Positions 18,345 through 28,970 of a stretch of 64,000 bases of DNA are shown here, piece after piece. Each line of letters begins with the position of its first letter. Position 1 is the stretch's first letter. The stretch covers positions 1-64,000 of the forward strand of contig CAWJSK010000022.1 in NCBI GenBank assembly GCA_963845535.1, written 5' to 3'. The DNA is from an uncultured Spirochaetota bacterium. GTDB taxonomy: Bacteria > Spirochaetota > Spirochaetia > SZUA-6 > Fen-1364. The notes beneath the pieces are model-generated. The model was not told the DNA's origin, ran no database searches, and worked only from the letters and a program-made list of their open reading frames with translations. A program made the position numbers and the translations under genes.

Positions 18345-19886
18345 ATGAGCAAAGCGCGGGTCATGGTCGTTGAAGACGAAGGGGTGGTCGCGCTGCAGAT
18401 TCAGGAATCCCTGGAAGGGATGGGCTATACGGTGGCTCATGTCGCCTTCACCGGGGAGGAGGCCGTGGCGAAGGTCCTGGAGACCGAGCCGGACCTCGTG
18501 CTCATGGACATCAGGCTCACCGGGCGCATGAGCGGGATCGAGGCGGCACGAAAAATCCGAGCGCGTATTGACGTCCCCGTCGTCTACCTCACCGCTTTCT
18601 CCGACGAGGAGACCCTCGCGTTGGCGCAGGTCACTGACCCGGACGGCTACGTCCTGAAACCCTTCGAGGACAAGAGCCTTCATGCCATCATCGAAGTGTC
18701 CCTTGCCAAGCACCAGCGCGCGCGGGAGGCCCGCGAGAGCGGGATGTGGATGTCCGCCCTCGCGGAGAGCATGACGGAAGCCGTCCTCATCTGCGACGCC
18801 AAGGGATACGTGAAGTTCATCAACCCGGCCGCCGAAGCCCTGATCGGCAGGCAGTTGCCCGAAGTCCAGGAGATGCGCATGCGCGACGTGGTGTCTCTCC
18901 TGGACACGGAGACCCGGCAGCCGCTGCCGTTTCCCGTGACGGAGCCCCTGCTCGAAGGCCGCAGCACAATGCGGGGCAACTGCAGCCTTCAGGCCGGTGA
19001 AGACCGCGAGTATCCGGTTGAGTTCACGGCTTCGCCTCTGCGCAGCCCCGAAGGCACGCTTTTCGGGATCCTCTACGTCCTGCGCATGACAGCTGAAAAG
19101 GAACGGATCCAGGAGCGGGTGCTGCGGGAGCTCGACGCCCTTTCGAGACTCCAGAAGCGCTCTCTCCCTTCCGGAGACACGGTCATCCCGGGCCTCAGGT
19201 TCGAGTGGGTTTTTTTCCCTGCCGCTTTCGGCGGCGGAGATGCCCTGGGGTACGTGCGGCTGGATGAAGGGCACGCGGGGTTCTACTCTCTCGACGTCCT
19301 GGGGGAAGGGCTTCTTTCAGCCATGTTCTCTCTCCTGCTGGGGACGTTGCTGACGCCGCACTTCGACCGGGGCGGAATCCTTGTCGAGAAGCTGTGCGAA
19401 CAGCCGGGGCGCCGGATCCTGAGCCCCGCGGAGGTGGTGCAAGCGCTCAACAGGCGGTTCTTCCTGAAGGAGGAGGGCAGCCCGTACTTCAAGCTTGCAT
19501 ATGGTCTTGTCGAAGCCGCCACCGGAGAGGTCTCCCTGGCGCACGCCGGCACTCCCAACCCCATCGTGCAGAGCGCTGACGGCGTGGTTCATATCCTCGA
19601 GAAGGAAAGCCCCGCTGTGGGACTGTTCCCCGGCGCGGACGTGCCCGTTGAGCGACTGCGGCTTGCAAAGAACGACAGGCTTTTCCTCTCCTCGGATGGT
19701 TGTGCCGAGCTCATGAACCGTGAGGGGAAGCCCTTTTCATCCGGTCGGCTTGTCCGGAGCATTTCCGCTTCCCGCGGGAAAACGCTCAAAGATGCCATGA
19801 ACGACATCAAGGAAGAGATCATTCGGTGGCACGGCACCGAGCCGTTTGCCGACGATGTGTCCGTCCTGGCCGTTGAAAAAGAATAG
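18345..19886 (+). CDS. REC-PAS-SpoIIE (PP2C-type) phosphatase
   Basis: VVEDE/LMDI receiver domain, PAS domain, GGD...DV.G.G...SDG...DDVS. Confidence 0.88.
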   Translation: MSKARVMVVEDEGVVALQIQESLEGMGYTVAHVAFTGEEAVAKVLETEPDLVLMDIRLTGRMSGIEAARKIRARIDVPVVYLTAFSDEETLALAQVTDPDGYVLKPFEDKSLHAIIEVSLAKHQRAREARESGMWMSALAESMTEAVLICDAKGYVKFINPAAEALIGRQLPEVQEMRMRDVVSLLDTETRQPLPFPVTEPLLEGRSTMRGNCSLQAGEDREYPVEFTASPLRSPEGTLFGILYVLRMTAEKERIQERVLRELDALSRLQKRSLPSGDTVIPGLRFEWVFFPAAFGGGDALGYVRLDEGHAGFYSLDVLGEGLLSAMFSLLLGTLLTPHFDRGGILVEKLCEQPGRRILSPAEVVQALNRRFFLKEEGSPYFKLAYGLVEAATGEVSLAHAGTPNPIVQSADGVVHILEKESPAVGLFPGADVPVERLRLAKNDRLFLSSDGCAELMNREGKPFSSGRLVRSISASRGKTLKDAMNDIKEEIIRWHGTEPFADDVSVLAVEKE

Positions 19887-19940
19887 CGGCGTGCGGCTGG
19901 GAAGAGACGCTCGCGGCGGGGCCGGGCAGGCCTTGGGGAG

Positions 19941-21944
19941 TCAGTCCGAGGGGAAGGTCACGAGGAACGTCGTCCCTCCCTCGGTGTCCAGCGTGAGCGT
20001 TGCCCGGATCTGCTGGGCAAGCATGTTTACGATTCGAAGACCGAGGGACGAAGGGCTTCGAAAATCGATCTCTTTCGGGAACCCCACCCCGTTGTCGGCT
20101 ACGGCGATCTCGATCCGACCTCCCGAAACGCCTCTCATGCGCACGGAGATTCGGCCCGACCTGTCCTGGGGGAACGCGTGCGCAAGAGCGTTCGACAGCA
20201 ATTCGTTGAGGATGAGCCCGACGGGAACCGACACGTCCATGTCCATCGGAATATCATCTACATCGATCTGGATACTCACCAGGCCAGAGTCTCCTTTGTA
20301 GAACCGCAGGAGCTGGTTAGCCAGGTCACGCACGTACGGGGCATAACCGCCCCCCTGCCCACCCCTCTCCTGATACAGCTTCTCATGGATGAGAGCGACG
20401 GAGCGGACGCGGTTTCTGCTTTCGTCCAGCAGGCGGCTTGTCAACGGGTCTTTGGCCGCGGAAGCCTGGAGGCTGAGGAGGCTGGAGATGACCTGGAGGT
20501 TGTTCTTTACGCGGTGGTGAATCTCTTTCAGGAGGACGTCCTGCTTTTTGGACTCCTGCACGCGTTTCTCCGGGGTAGTCTCCCGGGTCACGACAATCAC
20601 CTCCGCGTCTCCGCTGGCTGCGAACCGGGACTCATAGTGAAGCGGCCCCCCGTCCGAGTCGATGACGAACTCCATGGTGGACGGCCCCCCGGACTCCAGG
20701 GCCTTCCTGATTGAGCCTTTTGCCTCCGCGGCAAGCCCCGGCGCAACTCCCGGAAAGCGTCCCGCCAGCTCCTCGAGGGAAATGCCCACGAGGGCGTCCG
20801 CCGCGGTTTGGAGATTGGACCGGGGAGGAAACCGCGCATCCACGATGTTTCCGTCAGCAGTCACGCGCAGGATCATGTCCGGGATGGCGTCCAGGAAGGC
20901 CCGGTTGCGCTGCTCGCTCTGACGCAGCTCGGTGTGTGAGCCCTCCAGCGCGTCCAGCATTCCGTTGATGGCGGCCCCCAGGTATGCGATCTGGTCCGTG
21001 CCCTTGACCGCGACTCTCCTCCCCGGCTCTGCGCCTGTGCCAATGGCGAGCACGCGCGAGCTCAACTGTTCCAGGCGGGAAAGCACTGTTTTCTGGATCA
21101 CGAGAAGGACAACGGCGCTGAAGACGACGCCGATGAAGATCAACCAGGCCGCGAAGTAGCGTGACGTGGCCCTGGCCTGGGCGTTGATGTCTCGAGCAGA
21201 GTCGACCCTCATGACGAGAGCCGGTTGGCCATCCGCTCCGGGCAGGACGGAGAAACCGGATATGACGTCTTCTCTGCTCGTGTCGATGACGGGAGCCTGA
21301 GCCGTGGCCTTCTGCCCCGGCAGCAGCGGCGCAAGGGCGATGGCGAGCTCGAGGCTTCGGGAGAGCCGGTCCACGACGTCCGCGTCCAGGAACCTGGCCA
21401 TCAGAAGCGTGCCGCGCACCGGTCCTTCATGATGCGAGGTCATGATGGGCCGGGAGGCGGCCATGAGCGGGCCTGAGGGAAGTGGGATGATCCCTTCCGC
21501 CTGTGAAGTTGTTCCGTTCAGCCGGGTCATGAAAGGGTGCGCCACCAGCCAGTTGCTCAGGGCCAAAGGAACGCCCGGACTGACCCCCCTCTCGCGGTCG
21601 AACGTCTCTCCAAAGACCGGGGCGCCGTCCGTGTCCAGGAAAAGCACGATGTCCACGTGCAGATCCTCAAAGACATCCTTGCCGAGATTGGCGTCCACGA
21701 AGCTCTTGTTTCTGTCTTGGACGAAACGGTATGCGTCATCCCATGCCGCCCAGTCCGCCGCGGATCTTCCCATCGAGCTCACCTGGTCGGAAATGGCGTT
21801 TTCCGCGCGCGCAAGGTTCCTCATCATGAAGTTGCGCTCCACGTGGGAGAAACCCTTCATGATGACGCTGTCGGTTGCAAGCGTGATGAAGAATAGCATC
21901 ACGATCAACGTGACGCCTATGAAGAGGAGGATGCGTCGAAGCAT
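19941..21944 (-). CDS. CHASE4-HAMP-PAS HisKA_2 sensor kinase
   Basis: DWAAWDD, EIHHRVKNNLQ, NELLSNA, DNGVG. Confidence 0.9.
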   Translation of the reverse strand: MLRRILLFIGVTLIVMLFFITLATDSVIMKGFSHVERNFMMRNLARAENAISDQVSSMGRSAADWAAWDDAYRFVQDRNKSFVDANLGKDVFEDLHVDIVLFLDTDGAPVFGETFDRERGVSPGVPLALSNWLVAHPFMTRLNGTTSQAEGIIPLPSGPLMAASRPIMTSHHEGPVRGTLLMARFLDADVVDRLSRSLELAIALAPLLPGQKATAQAPVIDTSREDVISGFSVLPGADGQPALVMRVDSARDINAQARATSRYFAAWLIFIGVVFSAVVLLVIQKTVLSRLEQLSSRVLAIGTGAEPGRRVAVKGTDQIAYLGAAINGMLDALEGSHTELRQSEQRNRAFLDAIPDMILRVTADGNIVDARFPPRSNLQTAADALVGISLEELAGRFPGVAPGLAAEAKGSIRKALESGGPSTMEFVIDSDGGPLHYESRFAASGDAEVIVVTRETTPEKRVQESKKQDVLLKEIHHRVKNNLQVISSLLSLQASAAKDPLTSRLLDESRNRVRSVALIHEKLYQERGGQGGGYAPYVRDLANQLLRFYKGDSGLVSIQIDVDDIPMDMDVSVPVGLILNELLSNALAHAFPQDRSGRISVRMRGVSGGRIEIAVADNGVGFPKEIDFRSPSSLGLRIVNMLAQQIRATLTLDTEGGTTFLVTFPSD

Positions 21945-22008
21945 GGGCCACTGGAGCGTATACCGGAGGACTGCCCGGGTCAATCGAAAAATGCCCGGCG
22001 CGAGAAGG

Positions 22009-24120
22009 CTACTTCGACAGGAGCACCACCATGGAGCGCGCCACGAGGGTGTACGTCGGACGCGGAAAGCGCTGTTCGGCGCCCAGCGGCGCGATGTCCT
22101 GGCCGGCCGGGAGCGCGGTATCCATTGCGCGATACCAGGCAGTCTTCCCGGGCGGAATGGCGGCAAGCGTGAACGGCACGTCTTTTCGCGACGCGTTGCA
22201 CATGATGAGGATGTCGTTGTCGTCCTTGTCAGCCGCGGTCTCCGCCTTGTTCCCGTCGATCATGAGGGAAAGCGTGTGGCGGCCCGGCGCCCAGTCTGCG
22301 GGCTCTCCGGTCTCCGTCAGCCAGAGGATGTCCGGGATGTGGTTATGGCGCGAGTTTCTTCCGTTGAAAAACTCGGGCCGCAAAAACGCCGGGTGCCTCA
22401 TGCGGAAGGCAATGACGGCGCGGCAGTACGCATGAAGGTCGGCATGAGATTTCAGGAACGTCCAGTCATGCCAGGAGATGTCGTTGTTCTGGCACCAGGG
22501 GTTGTTGTTCCCCCGCTGCGTTCGGCGCATCTCGTCCCCGCCGAGCAGCATGGGGGTGCCGAGGGACAAGAGCAGCGTGGTCAGGAAGTTCTTTGCCTGG
22601 CGGTTCCTCACCGACTCCACCGCGCGGTCCGCGGTCGACCCTTCCACCCCGCAATTGTCACTGAGATTGTTGTCCCAGCCGTCCCGGTTCCCCTCCCCGT
22701 TCTCCTCGTTGTGCTTTCTCTCGTAGCTTACGAGGTCGCTCAGAGTGAAGCCGTCATGGGAGGTGACAAAGTTGATGCTGTGAAACGGCTTTCTCCCGTC
22801 CCGAAGGTACAGGTCCGAGCTGCCCGCGATCCTCGTGGCAAACGATGACACGGATCCGGCGTCACCGCGCCAGAACCTGCGCACGTCGTCCCGAAACCTG
22901 TCGTTCCACTCCGCCCACCTTCCTCCGGGGAACGACCCCACCTGGTAGGCGCCCGCGGCGTCCCATGCCTCGGCAATGATTTTCGTGTCCCTGAGGACCG
23001 GCTCTTCGGCAATCCGCTCCAGGATGGGCGGGTTCTCCATGATCCTGCCCTCCGAATCCCTGCCCAGCACGGAACCGAGGTCGAAGCGGAACCCATCCAC
23101 GTGCATGTCCACCACCCAGTAGCGCAGGCAGTCCATGATGAAGCTGCGCATGATGGGATGGTTGCAGTTCAGCGTGTTGCCGCACCCGCTGAAGTTGCGG
23201 TAGTAGCGGGGGTTGCTTTCATCAAGCAGGTAGTAGAGGGAGTTGTCCCAGCCGCGAAAGCATAGCGTGGGCCCGGTCTCATCTCCTTCCGCGGTGTGAT
23301 TGAACACGATATCCAGGATGATTTCGATCCCGGCCGTGTGCAGCTCACGCACCATCTCCTTGAACTCGGTGATCTGCTGCCCCACCGCGCCCGAGCTCGA
23401 GTAGCGTCCCTTGGGAGCAAAGAAGGAGATCGTGTCATAGCCCCAGTAATTCTGAAGGCGCTCTCCCGTTCGCGGGTTGGAGTGGGGATTGGCCAGCTCG
23501 TCGAACTCCTGCACGGGCAGAAGCTCCACGGCCGTGATTCCAAGGTCCTTGAAGTGGGGGATCATTTCCGCGACTCCGCGGAAGGTCCCCGGGTGTGTCA
23601 CGCCGGAGCTTGGATGCATGGTGAGGCTGCGCACGTGCGTTTCGTAGATCACGCTGAAGCGAAGCGGGCGGTTCAACGGGCGGTCCCCGCGCCAGTCGAA
23701 CTCATCAGAGGCGACGATCCCCTTGGGCATACCCGCTACATCGGAGGTGGTGGAGAACGAGAGATCAGCCTGGGGGGACGACGGATCAAATCCGCGCGCG
23801 TCGGCAAGCCGCCACGTGAAGTTGCCCGTCACGGCCTTCACGTATGGATCAAGGAGGAGCTTGTTGCGGTTGAACCTGTGTCCTTTTTCCGGCTCGTAGG
23901 GGCCGTCAACACGATAGAGGTACAGAGTCCCCGGGCCCGCGCCCTCAACGCGCACGTGCCACACGTCTCCCGTGCGGTTCAACCGGGGGTCGAGCGGAAT
24001 CTCATGCGCGGGCGTGGCGTCCTCAGGTGAGTCGAAAAGCAGAAGAGACACCGCCGCGGCATGTCTGCTGAAGACCGCGAACTGCGTCCCCAGCGGCGTC
24101 GGTGTAGCGCCGAACGGCAT
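22009..24120 (-). CDS. glgX: Glycogen debranching enzyme
   Basis: NYWGY, VDGFRFDLG, IAEAWD, SHDGFTL. Confidence 0.95.
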   Translation of the reverse strand: MPFGATPTPLGTQFAVFSRHAAAVSLLLFDSPEDATPAHEIPLDPRLNRTGDVWHVRVEGAGPGTLYLYRVDGPYEPEKGHRFNRNKLLLDPYVKAVTGNFTWRLADARGFDPSSPQADLSFSTTSDVAGMPKGIVASDEFDWRGDRPLNRPLRFSVIYETHVRSLTMHPSSGVTHPGTFRGVAEMIPHFKDLGITAVELLPVQEFDELANPHSNPRTGERLQNYWGYDTISFFAPKGRYSSSGAVGQQITEFKEMVRELHTAGIEIILDIVFNHTAEGDETGPTLCFRGWDNSLYYLLDESNPRYYRNFSGCGNTLNCNHPIMRSFIMDCLRYWVVDMHVDGFRFDLGSVLGRDSEGRIMENPPILERIAEEPVLRDTKIIAEAWDAAGAYQVGSFPGGRWAEWNDRFRDDVRRFWRGDAGSVSSFATRIAGSSDLYLRDGRKPFHSINFVTSHDGFTLSDLVSYERKHNEENGEGNRDGWDNNLSDNCGVEGSTADRAVESVRNRQAKNFLTTLLLSLGTPMLLGGDEMRRTQRGNNNPWCQNNDISWHDWTFLKSHADLHAYCRAVIAFRMRHPAFLRPEFFNGRNSRHNHIPDILWLTETGEPADWAPGRHTLSLMIDGNKAETAADKDDNDILIMCNASRKDVPFTLAAIPPGKTAWYRAMDTALPAGQDIAPLGAEQRFPRPTYTLVARSMVVLLSK

Positions 24121-24255
24121 GGGATAACCCGGCGAGACCTTGATCTCTTTTCTGGCGATGCCTCCCCTCCCTGAAGGGAAATGTATGACGCAGGCCCGTC
24201 CGCGTCAACGGTTGGTTGCTTGACCGCTCCAGCGGTTTACGCAGAGAATGCCGCC

Positions 24256-25221
24256 ATGGGCATCCGTCCGGGCGCGCCTGCTGATGCCATCGATGTCCTC
24301 GGCCTGGGCGCCGTGGCGGTTGACGACATCCTTTTTCTCGAGCAGTTCCCCAGGCCCGATTCGAAGATGGCCGTCCTCCGGCGGGAGAGGCACGCCGGGG
24401 GGCTTGCCGGCACGGCACTCGTTGCTGCCCGCCGCATGGGCAGGCGCTGTGCATACGCAGGCAGCCTGGGGGACGATGAGCTTTCTCTTTTTGTCCTGGA
24501 ACGCCTTGGCGCGGAAGGCATATCCGTCGAACACGTCGTTCGACGGGACGGCACGCGCCCCTTCTCCTCCACTATCCTCGTGGATTCCCAGCGCACCACA
24601 CGGACCATCCTCTTTGATGCCAACGGCGTGATCGGCGCGGACCCCAACGAGCCTTCGGAAGCCGTCCTGCGTTCCTGCAGGGTGCTCCTCGTGGACCAGG
24701 CGGGCGTGGAGGGCATGGTACGGGCCGCGCGCATTGCCCGGGGAGCGGGCATCCCGGTGGTTGCGGACATCGAGAGGTCAGGACATCCGCTGCTGGATGA
24801 GCTGTCAGACCTGAGCGACCACCTGATTGTCCCGCTGGACTATGCGCGGGCCAGGACGGGAGCGGTTGACCCCGCTCAGGCAGTCCGCGCCCTCTGGACG
24901 GACAACCGCTCCGCGGTGGTTGTGACCTGCGGTGGTGAGGGTTCCTGGTATCTTTCGCGTGAGGAGCCAGGCGTGACGTACCATCAGCCCGCGTTCAGGG
25001 TGAAAGTCGTGGATACCAGCGGGTGCGGCGACGTTTTTCATGGCGCCTACGCGGCAGCCCTCAGCGAGGGTGGCGCAATGCAGGACCGGGTGCGTATGGC
25101 GTCCGCGGTTGCCGCGCTCAAGGCAACACAGTCAGGGGGCCAGCAAGGGATACCGATCCGGGCCGTTACCGACAGGTTCCTTCAGGAGCGGTTGGAAGAG
25201 GCGCCGGCATCTCAGGGCTGA
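24256..25221 (+). CDS. PfkB-family carbohydrate kinase
   Basis: GGLAGTA and VVDTSGCGDVFHG. Confidence 0.9.
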   Translation: MGIRPGAPADAIDVLGLGAVAVDDILFLEQFPRPDSKMAVLRRERHAGGLAGTALVAARRMGRRCAYAGSLGDDELSLFVLERLGAEGISVEHVVRRDGTRPFSSTILVDSQRTTRTILFDANGVIGADPNEPSEAVLRSCRVLLVDQAGVEGMVRAARIARGAGIPVVADIERSGHPLLDELSDLSDHLIVPLDYARARTGAVDPAQAVRALWTDNRSAVVVTCGGEGSWYLSREEPGVTYHQPAFRVKVVDTSGCGDVFHGAYAAALSEGGAMQDRVRMASAVAALKATQSGGQQGIPIRAVTDRFLQERLEEAPASQG

Positions 25222-25233
25222 GGCGCGGGACAA

Positions 25234-25824
25234 TCACTGGGCTGAGGGGTTTCCCTCCAGGCCGATCTCCTTTGCCACATTCCGCATCCCCATGATCGTG
25301 TCCGTGATGAGCTCTTCGATCCCCATGCCGAGCATCGCGGCGCCCTTTTCTATGACCGGTCTTTTCACCCCGGCCGCGAAGCGCTCGTTCTTCCATTTCT
25401 TCAGCACCGAGCGCGCTTCCATGTCCATGATGCTGCGCGACGGCCGCATCAGAGCGGTGGCCACCACCAGCCCCGTCAACTCGTCGATGGCGTAGAGCAC
25501 CTTCTCCATGCGGTGCACGGGCTCCACGTCAGCGCAGATTTGCCAGCCGTGGCTCACGATGGCGCGGATATATTCCTCAGGCCAGCCGGCCTGCTGCAGG
25601 ATCTCAGGGCTTTTCTTGCAGTGCAGCTCGGGGAACTTCTCGTAATCAATGTCGTGGGCAAGCCCGATGACGCCCCACTTCTCCTCGTCTTCGCCCAGCT
25701 TGCGCGCCATGTAGCGCATGACGGCCTCCACTGCAAGGACGTGAGCGAAGAGGTTCTCACCTCTTATGTACTCCCGAACGAGAGAAAGGGCCTCGGGCCG
25801 GGTCGGTGCGTGCGTCTCTGCCAT
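25234..25824 (-). CDS. HD-domain phosphohydrolase
   Basis: H..AVE...LAHDIDYE...SHG...DELTG. Confidence 0.88.
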   Translation of the reverse strand: MAETHAPTRPEALSLVREYIRGENLFAHVLAVEAVMRYMARKLGEDEEKWGVIGLAHDIDYEKFPELHCKKSPEILQQAGWPEEYIRAIVSHGWQICADVEPVHRMEKVLYAIDELTGLVVATALMRPSRSIMDMEARSVLKKWKNERFAAGVKRPVIEKGAAMLGMGIEELITDTIMGMRNVAKEIGLEGNPSAQ

Positions 25825-25865
25825 GGCGGAAGTGTAGCGATCCAGGAGAGGCCTGACAACTCGCA

Positions 25866-25985
25866 CCTGACCGGTGCGTTACCTGACCGGTGCGTTACCT
25901 GACCGGTGCGTCGCCTGACCGGTGCGTCGCCTGACCGGTGCGTCGCCTGACCGGTGCGTCGCCTGACCGGTGCGTCGCCTGACCG
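25866..25985. repeat. 16-bp tandem repeat, 7.5 copies
   Basis: CCTGACCGGTGCGTTA x2, then CCTGACCGGTGCGTCG x5, then a partial unit. No spacers. Confidence 0.95.
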
Positions 25986-26058
25986 AGGGCAGTCCGCGCG
26001 CATTGTCCCCCTCGCGCCGCCCTGTGTATCTTTAACCGCGACAGGGAGAGCCAGGGTG

Positions 26059-26445
26059 ATGCAAGAGGCGAGCCACGGACAGCTTCCCGCTTCGTTCTTC
26101 GAGCTTGTCCGAACATCGGCGAAGCCCGTGCTGGTGGAGTTCTGGGCGGAGTGGTGCGGCCCGTGCCGTCTCGTTTCTCCCGTCATCGAGCGGCTGGCGC
26201 ATGAGTACTCGGGCCTTCTTCTCACGGTGAAAGTCAACGTGGACAGGAAGCCGCTCATTGCGCAGGCATACGAGGTGCAGGGCATCCCCACCATCATGCT
26301 GTTCTGGAAGGGAGAGCCCCGGATGCGCCTCACCGGCGCGTATCCGTACGAGGCCATCAAGCGGAACTTGCAGGAGAACTGGCCACGCGATGTGGCGGCG
26401 GAAACGGGCGGGGGGCCTGCCACTCCGTTGTCAGCCGACGCTTGA
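26059..26445 (+). CDS. trxA: Thioredoxin
   Basis: FWAEWCGPC, GIPT. Confidence 0.92.
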   Translation: MQEASHGQLPASFFELVRTSAKPVLVEFWAEWCGPCRLVSPVIERLAHEYSGLLLTVKVNVDRKPLIAQAYEVQGIPTIMLFWKGEPRMRLTGAYPYEAIKRNLQENWPRDVAAETGGGPATPLSADA

Positions 26446-26471
26446 GAGCCTGACGGCCCCGCAACCACCTC

Positions 26472-28910
26472 TCAGGTGACGCTTGAGATTTCGACCTTCG
26501 CGCGGCGCTGCGAAGCCGTTCCAAAACGCTTGAGAAAATCTCCCAGCCGGAACTTCACGCCTATCACGATATCCATGCGGACTCCGTCCGGCGTTCGGGA
26601 GGCCTTCCCCGTAAGAACCGCCCGCTTGCGCGCGGATTTGTCCGGCACTTCGAAAGCGAGCGAATCCCCGTCCCGCCGTATGGTCACCGGAGCGTGAGAG
26701 TCTTTCAGGAAAACGGACAGCCTCTCCATCGGGTCGGGAAAGTGCGCCGCGGGAAGCGACAGGGATACGTTCAAGCTTTTCCACGCTCCTGGTACGAACC
26801 CTTGCGCCTCGGCCCCGAAAAGCTCGGGGACGCCGCGGACAGCCTGCGCGAATGACCCCTGATCCCATGCCGTGACTGACGCCACGGATCTGCCGAACCA
26901 TGCGGTGTCTTCCCCGAAGCCGGTCGACGGCGCTATCAGGCTTTCCCTGACGGAAAGAACGTTGTCAGTCTGCCCGGGACAGAGAGCCAGGAGCCGGCGC
27001 AAGAGCCAGCTATCCTTCCATTCGCTTCCGAGTTCCGCCGCCTCCTCGGCAAAGGTGACCTGCCAATGGACCGGAGAGAGCTTGTGCTTTGCCCGCGTTA
27101 TTCCGGCAAGCTCGCGAATGCTTTCCGGGGGAATGCCTCTTCGGCTCGATGGATCAACGCCTGCCGCGTAGCCTCCATCCTTTCCGGCCTTGGCCGCAAG
27201 GTACTGCCTGTGCAGCGCTTTCGTGCTCCCCTCTGTTTCAAGGAAAGAAAATGCAAATACGCGGTCCCGGGGCTCTTCAGCCTGGAGCTGTCCGCCGCGC
27301 GCGCTGATCCATTCCTCCACCACGCGGAGCCCGTCCGGAGGGAGACCGTCCGAGGAGACGCACCCCGTGGCCGACACGTCCACCAGGAGGCCGGCAAGAG
27401 AGGGGTGGCTCGAGCCAAGAACCTGCGTTGCCGCATATTCCGGCCACTGATGAGAAAGCCGGAACTCGAACCCGTTCGTCTCGCAGATCGACTTGGCCTT
27501 GCCCGCAAGCGGCCGCCAGGTTGCCTCCGAGAGCACGGGAGGGTCGTAGCGCAACGGAGTGAACGGCATGCGAACAAGGAGGCCGAAGCTGAAGACCATC
27601 CGCGGGGGCGCGTCGACTTTTCGCCGGGCTTCCTTGAGCCACTTCACGAAGCCCGCGAGCTCCGCGAAGTCTTCTTCGGTCTCCCTGCCCGTAAGGATAT
27701 AGAAGAGCTTCACTTCACGCACCCTGCGGCCGTGCAACGCTTCCAGCGCCCGCGTGATATCGGCATCCGCCAGGCTTTTGTGGAGGAACCTTCTCTGTCG
27801 GGCGCTGATCCCTTCGATGCCCAGGGTGAAGCTGCGCTTGTCCCCGGCAAGCTCGAGGTCCAGAAGCCCGGGAGTACGGGCCAGGATGTCCACCCGCTGG
27901 CTCATGAAGTTCACGCGGAGGAAGAGGCGGTGGAGCTGGATGAGCAGCGGCGCAAGCTCGGAGTGCGTGTTGAAGTTGAAGCTGGAGAGCTCGATTGTGG
28001 CTGCCCCCGTCTCCCTCTTGAGCGCCCGCGCTTGCACCATGAGGGCCTCCGCGGGAATCTCCCGAAAAGGCCTGCGGTCATGTCCCTCGAAACAGAAGGA
28101 GCAAAGGCACGGGCAGCCCAACGTGATGGAGAGCCGGGCGGTGGTCGCCTCGGGGCCCGGCAGAACGGGCTGAAACAGCGGCTCCGCCGAAGCAAGGGCG
28201 ACGTCACACCGCGCCTTATGCACGTGGAGCGCCGCCGGCTCTCCGGGCGCTACGCCTGTCCCGCTCCCCCCGCTGCGTGCAACCCACAGGCCGTCGATTC
28301 GAGCGGCCATCTCCATGAGGCGGGCCTTGCGGGTTGCGCTCGAGCCGTTCGACAACTCTTCCGCGATGCGGGCCACGGCCCCTTCCCCTTCCCCGAAGAA
28401 GATGGCATCCGCCATGCAGTCCCCATCGTCTGAGACAAGCGCGTGAGCCGCGGAGGCATTCGACCCTCCCAGGATTACCGGCGGCCACTTCCCGTCCCTC
28501 TGGCCGGCCCATGTCGGAACGCGGGAGCGCGCGAAGAGGAACGGGAGGTTGACGAGCTCGAGAAGGTAGGAGTTGGAAACGAGAGCCAGGTCGAAGAGCT
28601 CGAGAGGGGAATGGGATTGCGTCCCGAGGATGAGCGGCAGTCCGGCTTCCTCCAGCACCCGCGCATCGTCCCTTTGCGGAAGAAATGCCATGTCGATATA
28701 GGCGGAAGGGCATCCTCGTCGGACCTCGGCGGCCAGGAAAAGATGGGGAGTGGAGCGCTCCACATCGGCAAACGCGGACAGTCGCAGAATCAGGACGCGC
28801 GGGGAGGCTTTCTCCCAGGGAGGGTTGGCGAAGGTCGAGTTGTGCAGGTGAAGGCGGTAGTCACGAAGGTGCGCCAGGGCGCGGTGCGGTCGGTCGACGT
28901 CGGTGGACAT
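26472..28910 (-). CDS. Radical SAM protein
   Basis: GCPCLCSFC (CxxxCxxC) with an N-terminal PPVILGG...FFGEGE region. Confidence 0.85.
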   Translation of the reverse strand: MSTDVDRPHRALAHLRDYRLHLHNSTFANPPWEKASPRVLILRLSAFADVERSTPHLFLAAEVRRGCPSAYIDMAFLPQRDDARVLEEAGLPLILGTQSHSPLELFDLALVSNSYLLELVNLPFLFARSRVPTWAGQRDGKWPPVILGGSNASAAHALVSDDGDCMADAIFFGEGEGAVARIAEELSNGSSATRKARLMEMAARIDGLWVARSGGSGTGVAPGEPAALHVHKARCDVALASAEPLFQPVLPGPEATTARLSITLGCPCLCSFCFEGHDRRPFREIPAEALMVQARALKRETGAATIELSSFNFNTHSELAPLLIQLHRLFLRVNFMSQRVDILARTPGLLDLELAGDKRSFTLGIEGISARQRRFLHKSLADADITRALEALHGRRVREVKLFYILTGRETEEDFAELAGFVKWLKEARRKVDAPPRMVFSFGLLVRMPFTPLRYDPPVLSEATWRPLAGKAKSICETNGFEFRLSHQWPEYAATQVLGSSHPSLAGLLVDVSATGCVSSDGLPPDGLRVVEEWISARGGQLQAEEPRDRVFAFSFLETEGSTKALHRQYLAAKAGKDGGYAAGVDPSSRRGIPPESIRELAGITRAKHKLSPVHWQVTFAEEAAELGSEWKDSWLLRRLLALCPGQTDNVLSVRESLIAPSTGFGEDTAWFGRSVASVTAWDQGSFAQAVRGVPELFGAEAQGFVPGAWKSLNVSLSLPAAHFPDPMERLSVFLKDSHAPVTIRRDGDSLAFEVPDKSARKRAVLTGKASRTPDGVRMDIVIGVKFRLGDFLKRFGTASQRRAKVEISSVT

Positions 28911-28970
28911 GAGGCAGATGGATTCTACGCCACTTGCCCCCGGAGGGGAAAGGGGGCTATGCTCACCGCC

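Noticed and set aside
25866..25985. CRISPR array
   Set aside because: The repeats are contiguous 16-mers with no spacers, and no cas genes are present.
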